A DNA stretch of 64,000 nt from a virus (Duplodnaviria; Caudoviricetes): the IMG/VR virus record IMGVR_UViG_3300005937_000004, positions 14,950 to 78,949 of that record. The stretch is one strand, 5' to 3'. A model generated the notes under the pieces. That model saw only the letters and a program-made list of their open reading frames with translations, was not told where the DNA came from and did not search any database. The first letter of the stretch is position 1, and every line of letters starts with the position of its first letter. Below are positions 28,660 to 35,431 of this stretch, piece by piece. A program made the position numbers and the translations under genes.

Positions 28660-29211
28660 TTAGATCATTGTTGTCGCATTCAGGAGGGACAGACGACCAT
28701 CTAGTTCGCCCAAGATCTTTTCGATCTCTTCGCGCTCAGACGCCAATTCCAGTTCGTTGATGTTCACAACGATTTCTTTGGCCTGGTTATCGCTATTCTG
28801 GACCGCAGCGGCAGCAGCAGTGACATTGAAGCCCTGCTGTTGCGCTAGACGCCTGGTGCCCTGGATCTTTTCCCACATCCGACCGAGCTCAACCTGATTG
28901 AGTGGCGCGACTTCCCTGCGCCAGATCAACCATTCGAACACGCTCATCTCTCTTTCGCCCATCTTGAGCCTGGTAGCCAGGTTAGCCTGTTGGATCGCCA
29001 GCCTTAAGTCTACAATGCGATTGCGCAGGTCCGCGATCGATTGGCGTTCGCGCTTGATGTATTCCACGCTACCGCCGTCTTTCTCCATCGGATCACGCAA
29101 CCTGGAGTCTCGGGAGAGATACTCCATGAGCTGCGCTTGTTTGGTGTCTGTGCGTTTGCCGATTGTCTTAATCTCGGCCAACGCCTCAGTGATAGTAATA
29201 TCGAACTTCAT
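28660..29211 (-). CDS. Coiled-coil protein resembling the DIP1984/DUF6847-like family
   Basis: ITEALAEIKTI.KR, LRLAIQQAN.AT, ELDGRLS..NATT; family name from memory. Confidence 0.5.
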   Translation of the reverse strand: MKFDITITEALAEIKTIGKRTDTKQAQLMEYLSRDSRLRDPMEKDGGSVEYIKRERQSIADLRNRIVDLRLAIQQANLATRLKMGEREMSVFEWLIWRREVAPLNQVELGRMWEKIQGTRRLAQQQGFNVTAAAAAVQNSDNQAKEIVVNINELELASEREEIEKILGELDGRLSLLNATTMI

Positions 29212-29249
29212 TTTTATGTTTCCTTTCAGGTTTGTTGTTTGGGTTGTGT

Positions 29250-29520
29250 AATGGGGGGGGTTGCCTCCGGATAGCAGCCGTGAACCCAGAAAAGCGCCAC
29301 ACGCGGCGTTTCCCGCTCCTCTCAGAGTCGGGCAGGTTTTACCACGGATTTTGACCAGCTTTAATCTTTCAACCCTCAGCGTTTAGAACCTAAACTTTCA
29401 GTTTTAAGCTTTCAGCTTTGAGTTGGTGCGGGAATCGAACCCGCGAATCCATTTTTGCACAATGGTCAAGATTGTGATTCTTGAATTGTAGTCGTGTGTT
29501 TTATCTCCGTTTCGCTAATG
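29250..29520 (-). ncRNA. Candidate structured ncRNA containing a T-arm module
   Basis: ORF-free; GCGGG-TTCGATT-CCCGC at 29428-29444; AAAG(C/T)T(G/T) short repeats; hairpin GGAAACGCCGCG-TGTGGCGCTTTTC. Confidence 0.5.
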
Positions 29521-29545
29521 AAGGCAAACTGTTAAAATTGTAAAA

Positions 29546-29617
29546 GGCGAGGAATCGGGTTCGAACCGAGCTCTACCGGAATTATCCGATTGTTTTGCCG
29601 TACTAAACTACCCCGCC
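29546..29617 (-). tRNA. tRNA-like element with a 6-nt anticodon loop (pseudo-tRNA)
   Basis: Acceptor GGCGGGG/CCTCGCC; D arm GTTT..AAAC; ATCGG-ATAATT-CCGGT; TTCGAAC T loop. Confidence 0.6.
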
Positions 29618-29628
29618 AGGGTGTTGCT

Positions 29629-30039
29629 TTACGACTGACTCATCTCGACCGCAAACGGTTTTCTGTGGCACGCCATCGGCGCATGCTTGACCGGTTGATG
29701 CGGTACCACCCTCTCTATGAGCGGAATGCCAAGAATATTAGCAACCCGTTCTTCGATCTTGTTGAAACATCGCAGAGCGAGTTCCCATTTCTGGTCCTGG
29801 ACAAACCCAGCAAACTGGACTCCTAACAGATTCAACTGTTGGTCGATTGGAGATTTATCCCGATTGCGGCCTAATTTAGTGCATAGTTGTCCACACGCAC
29901 ATGTAGGCCATGACCCGGCTTTATCAGTTAATTGCTTTTGATCTTCGAAATGGATCGGTGCACCCTGAGCCAGTGGGACCAGGACATCGAACCAATCGAA
30001 CTTATTGTAGTTTATCTCCAGCATTGGTTCTGCTTTCAT
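29629..30039 (-). CDS. Hypothetical protein (W.TCACG type)
   Basis: Start reassigned to MKAEP after GAAAGGAAAC. Confidence 0.7.
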   Translation of the reverse strand: MKAEPMLEINYNKFDWFDVLVPLAQGAPIHFEDQKQLTDKAGSWPTCACGQLCTKLGRNRDKSPIDQQLNLLGVQFAGFVQDQKWELALRCFNKIEERVANILGIPLIERVVPHQPVKHAPMACHRKPFAVEMSQS

Positions 30040-30056
30040 GTTTCCTTTCGTTGTTG

Positions 30057-30158
30057 TTAGTGTTTTCTGCTTCTTGATCCCAGATATACACCGAGTAAAA
30101 ACCATACCGGTGTTAGAAGGGACCAGACCAACACAATGGCTGTTTGCCATTTGTTCAT
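30057..30158 (-). CDS. 33-aa single-TM peptide not in the ORF track
   Basis: MNKWQTAIVLVWSLLTPVWFLLGVYLGSRSRKH; GAAAGGA upstream. Confidence 0.45.
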   Translation of the reverse strand: MNKWQTAIVLVWSLLTPVWFLLGVYLGSRSRKH

Positions 30159-30184
30159 TCCGAGGGGTTCCTTTCTTGTTTGTT

Positions 30185-31030
30185 GTTACCTTGCCTGCTG
30201 TACCGAGCTTGAACGTGCCGCGACCTGTCATATCTCGCCTGTTCCTTCCTTATCCCGCCTGCCAGTCCTGAGCGAACGTTACCCCGCACTAACCATCTTA
30301 CGGGACCCCGACTCGCCTGCCACGCCGTAGACCGACAGATCGCCCAAGACGATCTCCACCCGGACGGGCCTGCCGTACCAGTTCTTTTCACCTACAGAGC
30401 GATCAGCTCCGCTTACGCCCTGCCTGCCATGCCAGTCCCCTGTTTGGTCATTCTCCGCTATCTCAATACCGGACTGACCTGTACCCGCCTCTCCTGCATT
30501 TCCGGACCGAAGACTCCCGTGGCTACCGAGTCCCGCTTTACTGTCCGGACCTCACTGGAACACTCTACTGGTTCCGTACCGAGCCGCGCCTGCCCAACCA
30601 ATCAAGGACTCTATAGATCCAACTCCAACGAACTGGACCCCATCAATCCCTGCCTGCTAAATCTATCCTTGCCATTCTAAATCAGCCCATGACGGCCCCA
30701 GGTCATAGCTACCCTCATCTTGCCTGCAGTTCCTATCTCTACCGATAGAAGACTTTCCGAAGCCAATCCGTCGTTGCCAAACCCAACCTGCGCGATCGGG
30801 CCTGCCCCGCCATACACACATCCGACTGTACCGGGACGTATCTTGCCTGCCATACCATTCCCCTGCTACTACGAAGCTTTTCACAACTATCTGGACCTGA
30901 TCTTTCCATGCCTGCCGTGGCTTAGCTTGGTCATCCCCAATCTATCTAACCATTCTCTTCTACGCCTGCCGTGCCTACTGATTCCTTGCTGCTGCCCTTC
31001 ACAACCCGCTTAACCTTCCCCGCCTGCGGA
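30185..31030 (-). repeat. Pentamer-module array A (13 GCAGGC anchors plus variants), VIPR-like guide RNA array
   Basis: GCCTGC on + at 30193, 30257, 30315, 30368, 30422, 30588, 30652, 30722, 30800, 30845, 30910, 30964, 31022; degenerate GGY-NN between. Confidence 0.85.
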
Positions 31031-31051
31031 ATTGACATTGGAAATAGATGT

Positions 31052-31276
31052 GTGCCCGGTAAACTTGGAAGTCCATCTCCAATCGAGACGATCTGGCTCT
31101 TAGAACAGTTCGAAAAACTTCACAACGAGCATCTATTGATCTTGAGAAAGATCGATGAAATCCAAACGACAATTAATCCAGCTTTAGAAAAGCAGGTGCG
31201 TTTGGCATTGACACTCGCCACAAAGGTTGACCAAAAAGTTCCAGACATAAATGTCCCACCATCAACCAAACCGTAA
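31052..31276 (+). CDS. Small coiled-coil protein between arrays A and B
   Basis: GTG 14 nt after TTGACA (31032). Confidence 0.55.
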   Translation: MPGKLGSPSPIETIWLLEQFEKLHNEHLLILRKIDEIQTTINPALEKQVRLALTLATKVDQKVPDINVPPSTKP

Positions 31277-31288
31277 GGATAAAAAACC

Positions 31289-31534
31289 ATGGCAATGACA
31301 CAAGCAGAAGCTACCGCAGCGCTGACCAAAACCAACGAAACGCTGGTCAAGATCAGCAATGAAACCGACGCGCTCCTTCGTGAGATCGAAGCTTTGAAGA
31401 AAGCCTTAGCCGACGCTGGCGGACCGGGTGGAACGATCACGCCAGAATTGGAAGCTGCCGTCAACGCAGTTGGAACAAGGGCGGAAGCCATTGACCAGCT
31501 GGTCGAGGATGTGCCTCAGCCAGAGGGCAAATAA
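31289..31534 (+). CDS. Small coiled-coil phage protein (TQAE.TA.L...N..L.KI..ET..L type)
   Basis: 81 aa; AAGGA upstream. Confidence 0.75.
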   Translation: MAMTQAEATAALTKTNETLVKISNETDALLREIEALKKALADAGGPGGTITPELEAAVNAVGTRAEAIDQLVEDVPQPEGK

Positions 31535-31596
31535 TTTTATTTGACTCGCTGTCGGAATAGGAATAGAAATTCTGGCAAGGTTAAGGCATTAAGATC

Positions 31597-31640
31597 GTGT
31601 GGGGCGGGCAGCCGTAAAAAGCGCCGCCCCGCCACTTTTT
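31597..31640 (+). terminator. Intrinsic terminator candidate
   Basis: GGGGCGG/CCGCCCC stem followed by TTTTT. Confidence 0.6.
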
Positions 31641-31644
31641 AACG

Positions 31645-32530
31645 AACCGGGCTGGAGATACCTGGTCGCTCCAATTCAAACCCCGCCTGCGCTATCATTC
31701 CATACCCAAACGGGATCGATCATGCGATCCCAATCTTGCCTATTCCCGCCTGCCTGATCAAACCAAGTCAAGCCTGACCCGCTCCATAGCTCTACTGTCT
31801 GCGCCACCCGTCCCAAAACCGTCCATGCCTGCCGTGCCTTTAGGTGCCTGAGCGAATCAATACTTCAAGCCCTTGCCTCGCCTGCCGATCCTTGCCGACG
31901 CAAGATCATTCCTGGGCTCTACAGTTCATGACTTGTTTCTTCCCGCCTGCTGTTCCCAGCCCGATCCGGACTGAGCTCTCCACAGTAATCCCATACAATT
32001 CATACCTGCCGTGCTTATTCCCATTTCTCCCCAGTTGACTGCTCTATAGCATTCCTCGCCTGCCGTTCCGAAGCTTCCTAGATCCACCATACCTCGATCC
32101 GTCCATAGACCGATCGAGCACACCAACCAGCTCCTCGCCTGCCCTGCCATCCCCGAGCTCAGTTCGACCTCATCGTGACAGTCCAGCTTCTCCGTGCCTT
32201 GACCCTCGCCCCCCAACGTTACGGACCGAACTCACCACGCCTGCGCATCCGAGCCAACACCGCTTGACCCAACTGGACCGGTTCCCAGCCCATTAGTCTA
32301 AGCCCAACCTCGCCTGCCCCACTGCGTTTTTCCGAACCAACCCGGACCTGACCCAAAAGGATCAAATCCCTCTGCCCATACCATGCCTGCGATGCCCCAT
32401 CTTGGTTCACCAAATCGGGGTGGAACAGTCCAGATAACGCCTGCCACAGAATATCTATCCCGCGCAACCCAGGTCTCATCTATTCGTGATACCAGCTCTC
32501 CAGGCCTGCCTTGCCATGACGCAGCCCGGC
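31645..32530 (-). repeat. Pentamer-module array B (12 GCAGGC anchors plus one variant), VIPR-like guide RNA array
   Basis: GCCTGC at 31685, 31748, 31827, 31880, 31945, 32058, 32137, 32239, 32312, 32385, 32439, 32504; ACCTGC at 32004. Confidence 0.85.
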
Positions 32531-32574
32531 TACTCAAGCTGCATCCAAAATTATTTCTGCTGCGATTTATGGGC

Positions 32575-32742
32575 ATGGCAGCAATAAACAACCCACAAAC
32601 CACGGAAAAACAGAGTGCCCCAATGACAGGTGGTGGCAATCCTGTTGTTCATCCTAATGATCCGAGTATTACTCCGGAGGAAAGAGAACGGCGGGAGCGT
32701 GAGGAACGTGAACGCCAGCGAAAACAGAAGCAGTCGAAATAA
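32575..32742 (+). CDS. Small charged protein between arrays B and C
   Basis: 55 aa; E/R-rich tail. Confidence 0.55.
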   Translation: MAAINNPQTTEKQSAPMTGGGNPVVHPNDPSITPEERERREREERERQRKQKQSK

Positions 32743-32805
32743 CTGCATCGCTTGTGATGGTTCAAAGCCTCACAAGCGAACATATTGACACCTGGAGGAT
32801 TTAGT

Positions 32806-33141
32806 ATGCCTACAGCACACAAGGAAACCAAACACACGGTCGCTGGTCCGGACCCAGTTCCGGAATACCGACATGAAGCGGAAAGAAAAGCCCGTGAAGA
32901 AGCAGAAGAAGCAAGCGAAAAAGCCAAAAAAGAAGGTCCACCAAAGCCTCAAGCGCAAATCGACGCGGAGCTCGCAGAAAAAGGTGGCGACGTCCCAGAA
33001 GAAAGGCAAGGTGTCCCAACCGAAGCCAGACGCTGGACAGCCGTGGAACGAGAACGCGAGGAGCGCGCTGATTACGAAAAGTTTAAAGCGGAGTACGCTG
33101 CTGAGTGGAACAAGCGACACGCCGCCAAAGCTTCCAAGTGA
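32806..33141 (+). CDS. Small acidic/charged protein between arrays B and C
   Basis: ATG 15 nt after TTGACA (32785); GGAGG SD. Confidence 0.7.
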   Translation: MPTAHKETKHTVAGPDPVPEYRHEAERKAREEAEEASEKAKKEGPPKPQAQIDAELAEKGGDVPEERQGVPTEARRWTAVEREREERADYEKFKAEYAAEWNKRHAAKASK

Positions 33142-33151
33142 GGATGGGGGT

Positions 33152-33188
33152 GGAGAGCGTCCCTTTGTATAGAAGGACGCCCTCCGTT
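33152..33188 (+). terminator. Hairpin terminator candidate
   Basis: GGAG-A-GCGTCC / GGACGC-C-CTCC then GTTT. Confidence 0.5.
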
Positions 33189-33189
33189 T

Positions 33190-33394
33190 AGCGTGTCATG
33201 GCATGCCGTTTCTTGCCCCGGTAGCCCCGGTGCAACTCGGCTCGCCTGCCGGACCTTGCCGACCCGTGGTGTACCATGGTGGACCAAGTTCCACCCCATC
33301 TATATCGACAAATCCATGCCTGCCCCGCTGTAGCAGGTCCCAGGGTACCGTGAACCGATAACCCTCATTTCGCCACGCCTGCCGAACTCTGCCG
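33190..33394 (-). repeat. Pentamer-module array C (3 GCAGGC anchors), starting right after the partner-gene stop
   Basis: GCCTGC at 33244, 33318, 33377; the 33318-33244 unit parses as 14 pentamers plus GGCA. Confidence 0.85.
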
Positions 33395-33862
33395 TTAGTT
33401 GTCGGTTAGCACTAATTTGAGTTCTTTCTGGAATTTCTTAGAAGCAGCAAAGACCTCGGATAATTCACCGAGATTTTTATATTTCTTTTCAAATTCCAAA
33501 AGTTCTGCCCTTGCATCAGCCAGGAGTTGCATGCGCAAAGATTTGTTGCTCATCACGTCTACCATCGCCCTGTAGCCGCCACCGGCAGTGCGGTCTGGCC
33601 TTAAGGAGGTGAAAACGCGAATTGCTCTGCGGTCTCCATTCATCCGGACGTATTTAACAACGCACCGAACGAGATGGCCTGCTTGGATTAAGCGGTATTC
33701 AGCTGCCGCCTCTGAATCATCCCACTCAAAGTATTTGTGTAGGATGCTACTCTTTGGTCGAGCTGCTTGGACCACTGCCTCCGCTCGGAGGATTCCCTCC
33801 GGGTCCTGATCCCTGATCCGGTTGAGTTCCCGGATCACCATCGGATTGCTTATGTCGTACAT
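33395..33862 (-). CDS. Partner protein of the RAMP-like gene (LHKYFEWDD..AA..YRL.QA type)
   Basis: Start reassigned to MYDISNP; lies between the RAMP-like gene and the array. Confidence 0.8.
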   Translation of the reverse strand: MYDISNPMVIRELNRIRDQDPEGILRAEAVVQAARPKSSILHKYFEWDDSEAAAEYRLIQAGHLVRCVVKYVRMNGDRRAIRVFTSLRPDRTAGGGYRAMVDVMSNKSLRMQLLADARAELLEFEKKYKNLGELSEVFAASKKFQKELKLVLTDN

Positions 33863-34070
33863 CGGCTTTTTTCCTCTCCCACATACCGACTTTCGCTCCC
33901 TTTTTCTGTGAGATCTCATTGGCTATATCACGAACATTGTCCATGATTCTGGCTGCAACACTGATCTCTTCAGGCGAAGGGTTCTTGCTATAGACCCTGG
34001 CCTCCACCCTGCCGGAGACCTGGCCTTCATCAGCCGGTTGTTCTCGGATTTGAATGAGGATGTCGATCAC
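33747..34070 (-). CDS. Possible small gene coupled to the RAMP-like gene
   Basis: GTGA overlap with the stop at 34067; overlaps the next gene by 116 nt. Confidence 0.35.
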   Translation of the reverse strand: MIDILIQIREQPADEGQVSGRVEARVYSKNPSPEEISVAARIMDNVRDIANEISQKKGAKVGMWERKKADVRHKQSDGDPGTQPDQGSGPGGNPPSGGSGPSSSTKE

Positions 34071-34759
34071 TTTTGCTCGACCTCGAATAGGCCCCAGCCT
34101 TGACCGGGACTGTTTCGAGAATCGGGTCGACCTTCGCAGATTCCGACCTGTAATCCAACTCGCATCAACAGGTTGGTGACGTCTTTCAACTGGAACTGAT
34201 CTGCGTCCCAGCGGATCTTGACGTTCGCTTCCCATGGCATGTACTTGGCTCGAATAGCCACATACGGTTGCCCTGTTTCAACCCGAGCGATCGACTTGAG
34301 AAGTTCTGGTTTCCCATGAAGCCGGATCAATGGGATGGTCGGTTCTGTCCCGTCCCAGCCGTCCTGCACGACGAAGATGGAAAGTTTGGCTAACGTCATC
34401 TTGAAGTTGACCAACCTGCAGGCCGAAATGCAGGCATTGCGAATAGAGCCAGCATGAAATCCATCCCAACCCTGCGGTGAAATGTAACGAGCCTGTATGA
34501 AAGACTCGTTAATGTCCTGCGGTTCTCGCTTCTTCTTTGAAGACGCCGATTTTCCTTCCATCTGCTTGGCTAACATTTCGTCAGCCACCTTTTTGCTGAA
34601 CCGGTGTATTACCAGAGGTACACCAGATAGACCGCTGATCTTGAATACCGCCGTCTGGAAGTTTGGCGGTGTGATAGTGACCGTCATTCGACGTTCACCG
34701 TCCAGTGACGGCTTTTTAGTCATCCGTCGAGACTTTGCTGTTAGGGTTGATGTTGCCAT
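34067..34759 (-). CDS. Stand-alone Cas7/RAMP-like protein (Vipr-like), 230 aa
   Basis: N-terminal strand-G..PLVIH; F.A.SIR.A.I.AC; R.KY.PWEA.V.I; C-terminal Gly-rich loop VGLQVGICEGRP......GWGLFEV. Confidence 0.8.
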   Translation of the reverse strand: MATSTLTAKSRRMTKKPSLDGERRMTVTITPPNFQTAVFKISGLSGVPLVIHRFSKKVADEMLAKQMEGKSASSKKKREPQDINESFIQARYISPQGWDGFHAGSIRNACISACRLVNFKMTLAKLSIFVVQDGWDGTEPTIPLIRLHGKPELLKSIARVETGQPYVAIRAKYMPWEANVKIRWDADQFQLKDVTNLLMRVGLQVGICEGRPDSRNSPGQGWGLFEVEQK

Positions 34760-34852
34760 CAGTTTTCCTTTCTGTTACTTGCCTTCTTTTGGTTTATTGA
34801 CATCGGAACGTGAAGGCGTCCGATCCGAAATTCCGAACTGAACTTAAAAGGT

Positions 34853-35431
34853 ATGTTGTCGCAGGCTGCTATAGCCCGTGAGTGGGGTGTGTCCCGAGCT
34901 TACGTTAATCAGCTGGTAAAGCGTGGTTTACCGCTTGACTCTTTTGAGAATGCCAGGCTATGGCGCGATGCTCATGCTCGGAAGCGCGCCCCCACTGACC
35001 CAGTGCAATTAGCTCACCTTGAGGAAGCCGATAGACCTCAAAGTTCGACCGAACCAATGCCAGCAGGAGACGCGCTTCAGAACGCGAACCGCGCAGCTCA
35101 GGAAGCTTACAGACTGTTAAGCGAAGCGATGATAGAAGGTAAGACCAGCAAAATCTCAATCCTTCTGTCGGTGCATTCCAAAGCCCTGGAAGCAAAATGC
35201 CGGATTCAGACGATGATCCGGGAAGAGGAGGAGAGGCGCAACATCCTGATCCCACTGGCCAAAGCCCAGGAGATTACGAGACAAGCGTTTGAGGTCATTA
35301 TCAAACGCTTAATCGCGCTGCCGCAGAATATTGCGCCTCGGTGCAATCCTCATGATCCAACCCACGCATTGGGAATCTTGGAAGACGAATGTCGCGGGAT
35401 AATCAGCGCAGCCCAGAAAGCGATCGCATGA
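34853..35431 (+). CDS. terS: Terminase small subunit (Nu1-like)
   Basis: N-terminal HTH SQAAIAREWGVSRAYVNQLVKRG; helical C-terminus; coupled to terL. Confidence 0.8.
   Translation: MLSQAAIAREWGVSRAYVNQLVKRGLPLDSFENARLWRDAHARKRAPTDPVQLAHLEEADRPQSSTEPMPAGDALQNANRAAQEAYRLLSEAMIEGKTSKISILLSVHSKALEAKCRIQTMIREEEERRNILIPLAKAQEITRQAFEVIIKRLIALPQNIAPRCNPHDPTHALGILEDECRGIISAAQKAIA

Noticed and set aside
26361-29617. Assigning amino-acid identities to the three tRNA-like elements
   Set aside because: Anticodon loops are interrupted, 9 nt or 6 nt, so no anticodon can be read with confidence
29629-30231. ORF-track 200-aa version of this gene, and other extended starts (10994, 15046, 22569, 33919, 44737, 60295)
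   Set aside because: Extensions run into the array or neighbouring genes; downstream starts have an SD, coupling or the TTGACA motif
30136-32639. ORF-track calls inside the arrays (for example 30155-30391, 30429-30680, 30663-30884, 30720-31013, 31844-32038, 31926-32216, 32219-32479, 32298-32639)
   Set aside because: Low-complexity Pro/Cys/Leu or Gly/Trp/Arg translations produced by the repeat; no SD and overlapping on both strands
30185-33394. Canonical CRISPR array
   Set aside because: The only invariant element is 6-8 nt, unit lengths vary from 45 to 102 nt, the interiors are periodic, and no cas1/cas2 is present
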